From Malacoraja senta (taxonomy: Eukaryota): DNA of 64,000 bases. Below the pieces are notes generated by a model that did no database searches, was not told the origin of the DNA, and saw only the letters and a program-made list of their open reading frames with translations. Below are positions 48,575-62,560 of the stretch, piece after piece (positions within the stretch are counted from its first letter, which is position 1; each line of letters starts with the position of its first letter). The stretch covers positions 9,984,001 through 10,048,000 of the forward strand of contig CM075991.1 in the NCBI GenBank assembly GCA_038087875.1, in the 5' to 3' direction. The position numbers were made by a program, and so were the translations under genes.

Positions 48575-51303
48575 CAAATTAATAATTGAATGTGCAATAG
48601 AAGCAATAAGGAATAGCACACAAACAAAGACTGAGAAGTAATTGGCTTCAAATTGGTAGCAAGAATAGAAATCTCAGTGATGCCTGCATTGCAATGTATG
48701 CATTTAAAACGCTCAAGACTTTTTCCCTATGCCAACCAAGCGTTTAGCTTTTAGTTTTTGTTTTGTTGCACTTATTCTATCTCCATTGCTGTGAGCAGTG
48801 GAAGGAACTTATTTCCAGTCATTTGTGAGTCTCATTTGGAAATTGCCAGCCAGTTTTTCACTGTAGATTCGTATACGTTAAAATCACAATGCTGCTCATT
48901 GAAGCAACAATCAGAGTTGCTCCAAACTCGAATTGTTCAGTTTTGTACTGCAACATGTCCCTTGAGTGCCGAATAGCCATGGGTCAGATTCTGTTTGTGG
49001 CATGAAGTGAGATCACTGAATCCTTGCCAAGTTTAAACACCAATGTTTAAAAATGGCACTGCAGACAAAATCTGTATTGTCTACGATTTCAGGAAAAATC
49101 AACTTTAGGAGTTGGAAGAGAATGGAAATGACACCTAAACTGGGGAATTTCAAAATAAAATGTACTGATCAAAAATGGAAAGGATATACAGTGAAATTGC
49201 AAATGTATAATCCATTACTTAAGATGTCCAAATGAGAAACAAGTTTCAAGTGGTTAAAAAATAAATAGAAACAAAAATATTTTACTTGATTTCAACACGA
49301 GGGAAAGAATGTAAACAATTAAAGAAACCCTGGGATGAAATGAGAATGTTGAAAAAAGTAAATGTCAAATGAGATTGAGGGGAACAAGTATAGTAAATCC
49401 CCAGATATAGGTTTGAAACAGGAAAAGTATTAAATATCAATAGGGCCCCTTAAGAAGGAGCGAGACGAGATGGAGGAGATGCTAGCAGAATAGAGGAACT
49501 TTCAAAATGATTTCAGAATAATTTCATGCTTGAAAACATTGGTGGCATTCCCAGAGCACTAGCTAAAGCGTGGGGGATGGACATGCATCCATGGAGAATA
49601 CACAGGCCAGCAATTGAGGCGTTGTTAAGAAATTAGAGTATTTCAGATTCTTTCAGCATGTATCCAGATGAACTGCATGCCAAGAAAGGAGGCTCTGGAT
49701 TCAAGTGCAGAACTGCTGAGTTAGCCATCCCGGAAACGCCAGGTTTCTACACTCATTGAGAGAAATTCATACAACTTGCATCAAAATGACACTACACAGA
49801 AATCCCACTCCGCTCTGCTTTTGTCGTCGATGATGATGAGCAAACACAGGCCTGCATGAGAGAAGACTGTTCATTGAATCGTTCCAAGTGCATGTTATAT
49901 AACCCATCATGGTTGGGTGAATAACTCAGAATGTTGGTAGATTCACTCGGTACACATAGGCAGTTGGGATTGCAGTGGCATGGGACTTCACCAGGTTTAC
50001 AGTCATTTTGAATGGGGGGGGTGGCTGACACTCATCAGTGTGAAGAAGGGTCCCGACCCAAAATGTTACCCATCCTTTTTCTCCAGGGATGCCGCCTGCT
50101 GAGCTTCTCCAGCACTGTGTGTCTATCTTCGGTATATGCCAGCATCAGCAGTTCCTTTCTACACACCCATCAGCTCAGCCTGCAGCTGATGATAACACTA
50201 ATACTTGTGCAAGCTTGTCCTTCATATAGCATTAAATATGTTCAAAGATATCCCTTCCAACTCAAGATAACGCTGATATTTTCTCGTGCTAGCCAGGGCA
50301 TTTTGCAGGAGATATCGGTACATTTCCATCATTGCCTGTTAAGTGGGAGTACTATCAATAGACCCAGCACACCTTAGAAACAAACCTGTGGTGACTGACA
50401 CTGCCCTGTGCCTCTCAAAGGAGAGCTGAGCGCCGAATCTGATCACAACTGCTAGCTGTTGTGGAGCTCACTGCACAGATGAGGAAGCCTTGGTGGATCA
50501 AGCATGGGTGGAAGAGTTAGGGAGATAAATTATCACTTGGTCTCCGCATGCGACGACCTACCACGTGTGGTCAATATCGGCAGAAATAGCAAATACCATC
50601 AAATAGCCACCTACACAATATACCACAAGAGTGAGTGTGAGCCCGATTGTGTGTGTGTGTGCACATACATGGCCATGAGCTGAGCTTACAGCAATGGTCA
50701 GAAGACCATAGCCAACATCAATCCTCTCCTCCTCCACCATCTACAATGAATCCCTCCTGATTAAATATTACTGATTGTATACCTCGTTGTCACCTTCCCC
50801 TCAGCTAACAATGTACCGTTCTCCATTTTCCTTGATCATCGTTCCCTTTGATCGGTGTTTTCGCACCTTGCCCTTCCATATCGCTCTCTCCCTCTCCCCT
50901 GACTCTCAGACTGAAGAAGGGTCTCGACCTGAAACGTCACCCATTCCTTCTCTCCAGAGATGCTGCCTGAGTTGCTCCAGCATTTTGTATCCATCTTCGG
51001 TGTAAACCAGCATCTGCAGTTCCTTCCCACACAAGCCCCACTACAGTGCTCCAGTGGGGTGAGAGAATACATTTTTATGTACTAGTCTGAAATGGAATAC
51101 AAATCTACATAATAAAACAGAAGCAGGTGGAGATGATTTTGTCCGGTTATGTATGTTCTGCCACAGTCAATACGAACATGCCTGACCTTTTTTTCTGAAT
51201 GCTATTTCCTAATCTCTCCCTAACCCCTCGATGCCATGCCATGTCTCCAGAACTTGGAACTATATTTCTCCTCACTCTTCATGCGGAGAACTCCAAGAGT
51301 TTA

Positions 51304-51698
51304 AGAAGGAACTGCAGATGCTGGAAAATCGAAGGTAGACAAAAGTGCTGGAGAAACTCAACGGGTGCAGCAGCGTCTATGGAGCGAAGGAAATAGGCAA
51401 CGTTTAGGGCCGAAACCCTTCTTCAGACTGATGTTGGGTGGGCGGGGCGGGGAGAAGAAAGGAAAAAGGAAGAGGAGGAGCCCGAGGGCTGAGGGAGAGC
51501 TGAGAAGGGGAGGAGACAGCAAGGGTCAACGGAAATTGGAGAATTCAATGTTTATGCCGCTAGGGTGCAGACTGCCCAAGCGGAATAGGAGGTGCTGCTC
51601 CTCCAATTTCCGGTGGTGCTCACTCTGGTCATGGAAGAGGCCCAGGACAGAGAGGTCGGATTCGGAATGGGAGGGGGAGTTGTGGAGTTGTAACTCTT
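51304..51698 (-). mobile_element. Penelope element 3' end: GIY-YIG endonuclease C-terminus (51526-51681) plus pseudo-LTR
   Basis: NSPSHSESDLSVLGLFHDQSEHHRKLEEQHLLFRLGSLHPSGINIEFSNFR* matches the R...E...I..L.t..p.GlN end of Penelope endonucleases; 19-bp direct repeat ggagaactccaagagttta. Confidence 0.9.
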
Positions 51699-53592
51699 GG
51701 AGAACTCCAAGAGTTTACCACAAGGAGCGCGAGGTCAGTCTTAAATGTCCGTCTCCATCTCCTATCCCCCTCATTCTGGATATCTTCAGACCCACGCTCT
51801 CCCACCCACCTAGCCAAGAAAAACAGCTTCTGGCCAAAGGAAATTATTGTAAGGGCGATAGCATCTAAGCCTAACTGATGACTAATCAATTTAAAATTGA
51901 TAAGTATTTTCCAGAAAAAAAAAGCAGGGTAAATTGGTACAATGAATCGTTAAACCAAAAATGCAGTTAACCTATTCTGTTGTATCATTTCATTAAATGG
52001 CTTTACTCCCAGATGTCCTGTGCTGTGTGTAGCAAGGGGCAATGCAGATGAGCTGGATTCAGGCTGATTCTCGTGGAGTATGTTGATCTTAGCTTGGATG
52101 GTAATAAAAGTGTTGTAACTGACATCAATGCCCAGGGGCTACAAGGGTAAAATAAAAACAGCCAATGTTTGCATTAATGAGTGGAGTGCAATAATCCATG
52201 CTGACACAGTCACTATCCTAGCTCGTGATGAAGTGAGATACTAAAAGGCTGAAGGTACTTGGGGAACCATATACGGATTAACAGCTGGGAACTGCATCAC
52301 TGAAAGACTGTCTCAGACTGGACACTGATGCCTACCATAGTGGAATTGCAAGCCAAAAGTCACTGTGCTGGGCTCTAAACCAGTATGCAGAGCAGCACAT
52401 CTGTTAAAATAGGTTTAAGACCAGTTTATGCCCATTTAATTATTATCCAAAAGAATGGGCAGATATTGTGCCCGTATTCGCTTCGAAAATACTGAATGGA
52501 TAGAGAACATATATTGCTTCTGATCAATATCGAAACGTGAGCAAACTGTCTGACATCATTCACGCTTGAGGAACCGGAAAACTTTATGCTCTTTTGCAAA
52601 ATAAGCAGCAATATGAGAAACACCAGAAAAGGAAAGAGAAAAAAAAAGAGATAAATGAGAGACGAGAGACAATGAAAAAGCAAGAATTAATCTCACAAGA
52701 GCAAGAAAACACGAGAGCATATGAAGCATAAAAGAGGCTGGGGGGGGGGGGGGGGCACACAAGAGAACAAGCACATCAGAGAGACACAAGGGATGCTCAG
52801 TATATAAATGCATGAGAAAAGTTCAAGTATCATATGCCTTCAGAATGAAAAATAACCTGAAATAGGAGAGAGAGCAACACACACGCGCACAGAAAACAAG
52901 AGACAAAGGCAGGAAATTAGATGAGTCATGATCACATTAGCGCTAATTTCCAGAGATAAACAAAATGGGAACTTCAAGTACCAAGGTCACCAAAGTATTC
53001 CACAAATCAAACGATAGGATTGAAATGGGTGATGGAATAACCTTTCCGTGCAAAGCTCTCCTCACTTAGAATTAGAGACCACCTTCACCAAGAGTGCCTG
53101 TGTGTGTGTCCACTTGCTGGGGATGAAATCTCTATCTGTGGTTAATTGTACATATGGCTGCAATAAATGGACTTCTTGGCTTGATGCACAAGTCTGATTC
53201 TGGTGCACAAAAGCACAAGTCCCAAGCTGCTGATATTTTCAGATGGAAACAGTAAAACTTATCAGATTTTATTGCTGTGCATGGCTGCGTGGGAGGACTG
53301 GACAGTGATGTATGAGGCAGACAACAGTGCAAGATGCTGTTTTATACTATAGAATTTCTTTATTTTCCCTAACTTATGGGTGATGGTCTCCCATTGCAGT
53401 AAATATGTTCGCTGGCAGTGACCAAAGGGAGTAACAGACGGGTCAATTTTTAGTCAGTGCATTGATTACTAATCTGCATTCGGAAACTGGAAGCACCAGT
53501 ACATTACAAGATAACTTGGGTAATTTCGTTCTTGGTTTGTTGTTGGATTGAGGCACCACATACAATTTTCACCCAGAGTGGAGACCAGAATA

Positions 53593-53910
53593 GGGTGGCA
53601 CAGCAGTAGAGTTGCTGCCTTACAGCGATTGCAGCACCAGAGACCCGGGTTCGATCCTGACTACGGGTGCTGCATGTATGGAGTTTGTACGTTCTCCCCG
53701 TGACCGCGCGGGTTTTCTCTGAGATCTTCGGTTTCCTCCCACACTTCAAAGACTTAAAGTAGGTTAATTAATTTGGTGTAAATGTAAAAAACTGGTGTGC
53801 GTGTGTGTGTGTGCACGCGCGTAGGATAGTGTTAATGTGCGGGGATTGCTGGTCGGTGCGGACTCGGTGGGCCGAAGGGCCTGTTTCCGCGCTGTATCTC
53901 TAAACTAAAC
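53593..53910 (+). mobile_element. HE1-like V-SINE, well-preserved copy
   Basis: A-box-like tggcacagcag, B-box gggttcgatcc (53647-53657), tail ggactcggtgggccgaagggcctgtttccgcgctgtatctctaaactaaac. Confidence 0.88.
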
Positions 53911-54014
53911 AACATAAGGAAAAGGAACATGAATAGGCCAGAATAGGCCATTCAGTCCCTCGATCTCTTCTACTGGTCAATGAGACAATCCAGCTTTCAT
54001 CTTATTGATCTTGA

Positions 54015-54217
54015 TTCCAAGATGGCGCCCAACACAGGCGACTATTTGCATGCGAGCCACAGAAGCAGATCTACAAACACATATTACAATTGCTCAACAC
54101 TCTAAATCTATACACTGTAAATGGATCGATTGTAATCATGTATTGACCTTCTGCTGACTGGTTAGCACGCAACAAAGGCTTTTCACGTGACAATAAACTA
54201 ATCTGAAACTGAAACTG
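54015..54217 (+). mobile_element. Short bipartite element: CCAAGATGGCG head plus Rex1-type 3' tail
   Basis: The 3' half matches the tails at 57720-57850 and 9510-9600; ends gtgacaataaactaatctgaaactgaaactg. Confidence 0.55.
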
Positions 54218-54219
54218 TT

Positions 54220-55330
54220 TATTCTCCATAACCCTCGATTCCCTTACTGATTAAAAATCTATCTCAGCTTTAAATATATTCAGGTATCAGCTCCCAAGTT
54301 TTCGACCACAGCTCTCTGCAGCTAGGGTTTACAAAAATTTGAGAGAAATTCATCCTCGCTCCCATCTTTAATGAGTACACCATTATTCTGAGACAAGGCC
54401 CTCTAGTCCTGGACTCTCACAGTATTTACCCTGTCAGGCCTCAAGAATCTTACGTGGTTAAATAAGATTGCTTCTCATTCTTCTAAACTCCAATGAATAC
54501 AGACCCAACCTGTCCAAATTTTCATCAAAAGATAATTTCTCCACACATACAGAATCATATTGTTAACCTCCCCTGAACCGCCTCTAAAGATATTTTTCCT
54601 GACAAAAACGGAACCAAAAACTGTACACGGTACTCTGTGGTCTCATTAGTGTCTTGTACAGTTATAATGGGACTTCACTACTTTTGCTCCAACCCCCTTG
54701 AAATAAAAGCTAGCATTCCATAAGCCTGACTGATTATCTGCTGTGTTTGTATTCTAGCCGAGTTTCTTGTACCAGGTTCCCTCAAATCCCCCTGTGCTGC
54801 AGTCTTTCACCATTTAAATAATAATCCACTTTATTAATCTTCCATCCAAAGCAAACAACTTTTACATTTTACCACATTATACTCTGTTTGCCAACTTTTT
54901 GCCCACTCACTTAACCTATCAATCTCTCTCTGTAAACCATTTGCATCCTCCTCACAGCTTGCCTTCCTCCCCCTTCTATTGTATCATCCGCAAAGTTGGC
55001 TGCAGTACAATTGCCTTCTTCTAAATCATTTATATATATTATAAACAGCTGTGGTCTCAGCGCTGATCCTTGTGGCACTGCAGTGGTTACAGGTTGCCAA
55101 GCTGAACATGACCCACTTATCTCTCTACCTGCCGTCTTCTGCTTGTTCGTTAATCTTTAATCTGCACCAATATATTACGTTACCTCCAACATCATGAATT
55201 CTTGTAAAGTAACATAGTGTGGCATGTTGTCATAATCCAAGTATCTACTGGACCCCTCCATCCACTTTGGTTGATACTTCTTCAATGAACTATTAATACA
55301 TTTGTCAGGCAGGATTTCCCCTTCTTCCAA
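54220..55330 (-). mobile_element. Old, degraded CR1 LINE ORF2 fragment
   Basis: Recognisable remnants, e.g. ccacaaggatcagcgctgagacc (PQGS.L.P), tttgcggatgatacaa (FADDT) and gagtgggcaaaaagttggcaa. Confidence 0.7.
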
Positions 55331-55335
55331 ACAAT

Positions 55336-55700
55336 AGTACTTTATTAGCCAAGTATGTTTTGCAACATACGAGGAATTTCGTTTGCCAAGTCAGTCACAC
55401 AAATGAAAAGCAACAGAACACACAAAATACATTTTAACCTAAACATCCACCAGAGTGACTCCTCCACATTCCTCACTGTGATGGAAGGCGAAAAAAAAAA
55501 AGTTCGATCTCTTCTCTTCTTTGTCCTCCCATGGTCGTGGGCCTCGAGCCTTCCATTGACGGGACGATTTTACTCCCGTAGCCGGCGGCGTTCGGGCCCT
55601 CCGCGTCGGGGCGATCAAGCTCCCGCATTGGGGGTACCCCAGCTCCCCCGCGCCGAGCGATTGGACCCCGGGTCAGGGCTTGTCGAACCTTCTCCGTCAT
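55336..55700 (-). mobile_element. GC-rich non-autonomous retroelement with Rex1-type tail (longest copy)
   Basis: Homologous to 21041-21320; tail ttcctcgtatgttgcaaaacatacttggctaataaa. Confidence 0.7.
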
Positions 55701-58700
55701 GAACCTTCATGAAGCCTTTCGGATACTTCTAGATAAGGTTTTGACGTACCAAATGTTTTCATGTTACCACCTTAATAACAGATTATAACAAATTTCTAAT
55801 AATGGATATTAGACTAACCAGCTTACAGTTACCTACTTTTTAATCTCCTACTATTTATGAATGTGTTTTCTAATCTTCTAGTACTTCTCCAGGATCTAGG
55901 GATTTTTGGAAAATTACATCTAAAGCATTGACCATTTTTGCAGCCACGAACTTCAGGATCCCAAGGAGCAAACCCTTCATTCTTAGGAACCCAACACAAA
56001 AAACATACTGGAGGAACTCAGCAGATCAGGCAGCATCTGCAGAGGGAAAGTAGGCATTCTTCGACCTGATATGAAACATTGTCTGTCCAATTCCCTTCCA
56101 CAGGTGCTGCCTGACCCACTGAGTTTTTCCAGTAGTTCTTGCTTCAGATTCCAGCATCTGTAGTCTCTTGTGTCTCCTGGAAACCTAGCAGCTGAAAGCT
56201 CCATTAGTTTCCAAATAATCATTCTTATGCGATGTGATGATATTTCATTCCCCCCCCCACCCCCCCCATAATCTTTTACTATTAATGGAACATTTGTAAT
56301 ATCTTCTATCCGAACGATTGTTGCAATTTAATGCCTCTGTTGTTTTTTTCTTTCCATCAAATTTTCCCCCAATCTCCTTCTCAAAAAAAAGCGGTTTTGT
56401 TTGCTCAAGTCTCTCATCCTTTTTATATGTATTTCTTGACACCTTTGACCTCGGCCACCAAGAAGGAAACATATCATCCCAGGGTCATATTTGCAGCTGC
56501 AGAAATTCCTACCTGTTCCTTTACAATGAATGCCTTCACGCCATCACACTCCCAATTTCCCATTTTCTCCTCCTGTGTGGGTGAGCCCTGGTGCCAATGA
56601 CTTGACTCTTGCTCTGCACTCCTTCAGGAATGCAGACATCCCCCCCCCCCCCAATATCTGTGAAGCGAGCCTGATGCCAAAGGACAACTGCACTACCAGC
56701 CACCTTCTACACTGCCTCGCAGTGACCCATTCCTTTCGGCATTGCAGCTTTCGTCTGGGATGGGACCTTTTCTACAGAGGGGCTATCCATGAAAATCCCA
56801 GCCCTGCCGATGCTCCAACGATTCAGCCACAGTTCCAGCTCCTAAACAAGAGATTTCAGTAGTTGCAGCTGGAGACCAACACAATGCTCAAGAGGACCAT
56901 TCCATGTGACCAGACTGACCTGCCATGACTTGCACTTACAATACGTCAAAGAATATTAATTACACCCGGGACCAGTTTCACTCTAAATACTGTTTCCATC
57001 GACCACAAACGTATTTAATTTTAATTCATTTATAGAGATACATCATGGAAACAGACCCTTCAGCCCACCAAACCTGCATCAGCCATCCAATTTTATACTA
57101 ATCCTACCTGATTCATTTTATATCCCCCTCCCAACCCCCCACACATTTCCATCAATGTGATCAGAATCAGAATCAGAATCACACTTTATTCGCCTAGTAT
57201 ATTTTGCAACATACGAGGAATTTGTATGACACCAAGCTCCCGGATGAAATCCACACAGTCACTGGGAGAACATGCAAACTCCACACAGATAGGACGGAGG
57301 TCAGGATTGAAGTTTGATTGGGTAGCTGGAGCTATGCTGCCGCAGTTCCACTAGCTGCGCTACCTACAAATATTGAAGCTTAGTAGTAGAGATACCCATC
57401 CGATCATACATAGCATTCAGATACCTCCCTTTGTACACCTCAATGTCACCTCTAATGCTTCACCTCGACGTCCATTTTGAAACCCTAAGGAGCTTTGCTG
57501 CAACTCCTTTTTAAACTTCCTCGTTTCCCCTCTCCCATCAGGCAAGAGGTACAGAAGAGTGAAAACGCACACCTGCAGATTCAGGGACAGTTTCTTCCCA
57601 GGCATCCGAACCATCCTACAACCAACTACAAAGAGGTCCAGATCTACTATCTACCTCTGGCTACCCTCGAACTATCTTTAATCGGACTTTACCTTGCACT
57701 AAACGTTATTTTCTTTATCCCGTATCTGTACACTGTGGACGGCTTGGTTGTAATCATGTAATCCAGTCTTTCCACTGACTGGATAGCACGCAACAAAAAA
57801 TATTTTCACTGTCCCTGGGTACACATGACAACAAACTAAACTAAACTCACGAAGCCTGTTCCCAACTTATTAAACTCACATAGCCTGAAGTAGAATCAAT
57901 ATCAGGATCATGGCCTGATCCAAGGAGATAAAAATCATAGTCATAGAGTGATACTGTGGAAACAGGCCCTTCGGCCCAACATGCCTCAACTACCTCCTCT
58001 GGCAACTTGTTCCATATATCCCCATCACTCTTTTTGTGTGAAAATCACTACTGTGAAAATTTACAGCTTCTGCTCTCAATCACTTTCCATTATCACAGGC
58101 AGCATATAGATAGAACATGTTCCAGCTACACTAGTCCCACCTGCCAACATTTGGTCCATATCCCTCCAAACCTGTCCTATCTATAGAAACATTGAAATAT
58201 AGAAAATTGGTGCAGGATTCAATATGATCATGGCTGATCATCCAAAATCAGTACCCCGTTCCTGCTTTCTTCCCCTATCCCGATTCCGTTAGCCCTAGGA
58301 GCTGTATCTAACTATCTCTTGAAAACATCCAATGAATTGGCCTCCACTGCCTTCTGTGGCAGAGAATTCCACAGATTCACAACTCTCTGGATGAAAAATG
58401 TTTTTCCTCATCCCAGTCCTAAATGGCCTACCCCTTATCCATGTACCTGTCTAACTGTTTATTAAACGTTGGGATAGTCCCTGCCTCAACTACCTCCTCT
58501 GGCAGCTTGTTCCATACATCCCCACCGCCCTTTTTTGTGTGAAAATCACCACTGTGAATCATTCACAGCTTCTGCTCTCAATCACTCCCATTATCCCAGG
58601 CAGCCTATAGATAGAAGGGTTTCCTGTGATGGCATCTGGAGTCAAATAGTGTGATCAGCAAGGATGACATATCAAGAACGCAACCCAAAGGTACCAGTTG

Positions 58701-61599
58701 TATACAGTCCACAGAGAGCCCTGGCCCCGAGGAGGAAGGAATATTGATGTCAGAAGCAGACTATTAAAAAGCAAAGACACTACATAACCTGGCGCAGTAA
58801 CATAGCAACTGTAACATTGATTAGTGCAATTTGACCTATTGGGCTCATTTCTTTGGAAAGGCAACAGATATTTGCGCAGAAACGCTGTCGTTAACGAGCC
58901 TCCTAGACTGCTAGCAGGTTCAGGGAACCCGAGTTATCCTGGTCTAACTGGATTTGGTTTTAGTTAACTGTGTGAACCAAAACCTGGAGGAACACCACTC
59001 CAGCAATAAATCGGCTCTATCAAAATTTTATGACTGAGATATAAATCACAAACTATGCTGCTCCCAAGGTCATCCTGAAAATGAAGGCATTGGATTGTTA
59101 CAAATTCCAATGGCTATTCTTTCAGCCAATTAACTAGCAACTTGCCAAGAGGGCTAGAACATCTTTCAGTTAATGCAACACTTTAAATTCAAACTCTATG
59201 CACCATTGAGAACATAGCCCATACAAAATGATTAACATTTACTCCTCGTCGGCATCGAGCAATTATACTCCAGAAAGCTTTGCCACAAGAGCAGTTTTAA
59301 AGTGAGAGCACTCCCGTGCCTTCAAGTGAATAGCACTGGGTCGAGAAGGCAGCATACTACACGATTATCATGGGACAATTAGAGATGATTAATAAACACT
59401 GGCTCTGCCAGCAATACCACATCCCGTAAATGAACAAAACAAAATCCTCCCCAAATCTACAGTGGCCAGAACTGTATTCAGCTGAGACTTTACACTTACA
59501 GCTACCATAACTGGCTATCTTTTTAACATTCTGTCTCTCTAAAACCAAAGATCCAATTGTCGCGGACTAATTTGCCCTTTTGCGAAATTGTATGATGTTA
59601 AAGAGCATGGTGTAGGTGACAGTGGCAGAACTGCCACCATCCACTCTCAAAATCCTATTCTCCACCGACTGCTCGCCGCCTGCCCAAAATAACGTTTCTC
59701 AACACCATTTATTCAGGCTGCATTTCAAGCCATCATTATTTAATAATTCATTGCAAGTATTCCAACAACTTGTCTCTCTTGCTGGATGTCTGACCTCCAT
59801 TACCTGCTCTAAGCAAGGTTATGTCTCCTACGAGGGAGATCAATAATTTTAACAAATAAGGGACGTTTAAAACTCAGAATTTAAGGTAATGAGATCAAAA
59901 CAGCAAATGAAAACAGCCTTCCCGAGAGGCCAGTTGCCAGAGCTGCAAAGGGAGTGGGCAGCAACCCAAGCAGCTAATAAGGTGCCTTGAGATTTCCTCA
60001 AGGTCTCATACCATCCAGAAATCTTCTTCATTTAAACTCTCATTAGGATTAATATTTGCATACGGATTTGAGACCCAACTTCATTATATGCAACCTGTCT
60101 ACAGTACATAAATAATGTAAGACAGTCCACAGCACGGTGGGCAATTGTACTGCTCGGTACATCATGGCCATGCTAACCAAGGTGGTCTCCTGTTCCGTTC
60201 TTGGCTTGGGTCGAGCTATTCTCTTCTCAGGGAAGAGGCTGGGAATGTGATTAGCCGAGATGGAGCGAGGGAGAGCATAATAATATATATTTTTAAACCA
60301 GGCAGTTGTTTCTAGTTCCATTCACTATCCTTCAAGGTGGTACAAAATGCATGCAAGATGATATCAGGTCAAAAACAGCACTGTCTCAACTGTGACCTGA
60401 CAACTTCCAACAGGCAAACGGTTTGCCGATATTCATCATCCCTGTGCAATTCAGTAGAAGTCGGCCCCTTCGGGGAAGGTAAAGTTGAAAAGATAGAACG
60501 GATTTTCTGGTGACATCTGTCAGACAATGTGACACTGTGTTTTCACAGTCAAGTACGACACTTGGTGGATCCAAAAATCAAACTACTACAAATGCCAGAA
60601 ATCTGAAACAAACTGCAGCTGAGGTAGCTTCCATGGAGAAAGAGTGTAGGAAGCAACTGCAGATACTGGTTTACACTGAAGACAGTCACAAAAAGCTGGA
60701 GTAACCCAGTGGGTTAGGCAGCATCTCTGGAGAAAAGGAATAGATGATGTTTCAGGGCCAGTCTGAAGAACGGCCTCGAAACCAAAACGTCACAAACTTT
60801 TTCTCCAGAAATGCTGCCTGACCCGCTGAGTTACTCACATATTTTGTGTCTATGGAGAAAGAAATGGATAACATTTCAGAATATACTTATGAATAAACGT
60901 ATTCATTCATTAAAACCCATTAATAGATGCAGGGGACTAGTTTGAGCAGTAGACTGTTGTTCCATGAAAATCATGTCTGATCTGGTCTCCTCACTTCCAA
61001 TTCCAGCACCAATTACAAAGTCACATTTTCTCTGTCCTCCACAGATTAAAAATCCTCCTATTTTACTCAGTACTGGGGATTACAAGATATGGTACACGGT
61101 ACTGAGGGATTACTGCAATGTCTGAAAGGCTTTTCGAGATGCCTCGGACAATTTAGAGATATCAGCTTAGTTTAGTCAGGCAGATGATACACACATAAAG
61201 CTGGAGTAACTCAGCGGGTTAGGCAGCATCTCCAAAGAAAAGGAATAGGTGACATTTTGGGTCGAGACCCTTCTTCAGCCATCTGTTAGTTAGTTTAGTC
61301 AGACATTTGGTTTAACTGCCTGATGCTGCACTTTATTGAAATTGGTGCATCATAAAATAGGGTCGAAAAAACATGGTCTCCAACACTCTTGTCTCCAAGG
61401 ATAATGTGAAAATCATGACACCAAGATTAATATCTCATCACCTTATCCCTTCGGTTCAAATGGAGCACTCAATACATCATTTCACCAACATGAAATTCCC
61501 CAATGGTCTGGACAATTTTCCTTCAACCAACAGGTTATTTTGTTGATATTTTTGGGTTCTTACTGGGTACCCTTTTGAAGGACAGTCACAACAAGGGGA

Positions 61600-62560
61600 A
61601 TCAGTCAGTTAAGTGAATGAGCAAAGTTCTGGAGAAGTAGTGCCAGGTGGGAAAATGCTAAATTGTCCTCTTTGGCTGGAAACAAAAAGCATATTACCTA
61701 AACGGGGAGAGATTGCAAAGATCCAAGATATAGTGGGACCTGGATGTCCTGATCTATAAAATTAACAATAAATTATCATTTATTGCAGGAGTAGCTGCAA
61801 AGAGGTTATGCTTCAGTTTTACAGGGCATTATCGAGTCCATACATGGAGTACTCTGAATAACTCCTTAATTTGAGGAAAGATTTTAATGCATTGGAGGGA
61901 CAACTTACTAAACTGATAGCTGGAATCGATGGGGTGTCTGACGAGAAAGGGGTGGACAGATTAAACAAATATTTCCTTGTTCTTAAAAAAAAGGGAGGGG
62001 TAATGGCTAAAGGATACAAGATCCTAAGTAGTCTTGACAAGGTGGGGAGAATTTAGAACTAGGTGTATAGGAATGCAGATGCTGGTTTAAATTGAAGATA
62101 GACACAAAACGCTGGAGTAACTCAGCAGGACAGGCAGCATCTCTGGAGCGAAGGGATGGGTGGCGTTTCGGGTCTTGACATCTGAAGAAAGGTCTCGACC
62201 CGAAACATCACCCATTCCTTCTCTCCAGAGATGCTGCCTGTCCCACTGAGTTACTCCAGCATTTTGTGTCTATTTAGAACTAGAACATTAAAGATGAGTG
62301 ATTGTCCATTAAATGGCAGAAATATGGCAGTTTCCTTGTTTTGGCACAAATCCTTAGCACTTCCGCAAAATGGGGTGGAAGAATTTAAAATATATATATA
62401 CATATTTAATACAGAGGTAGTTTCTTGATAAGCAAGGGGGTGAAAGGTCACGTGGGGCAGGCAGAAAGATAGAGATGAGGTTGCAGTAAGATGGGCCATG
62501 ATCTTATAGAATACCAGAGCAAGCTTGAGGGACTGAGGGGAACATCTGGACCTAATTTGT
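61600..62560 (+). mobile_element. Old CR1 fragment interrupted by a Penelope inverted pair (62063-62271, TSD atttagaactag)
   Basis: RKDFNALEGQLTKLIAGIDG-like remnant; TSD at 62051-62062 and 62272-62283. Confidence 0.75.
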
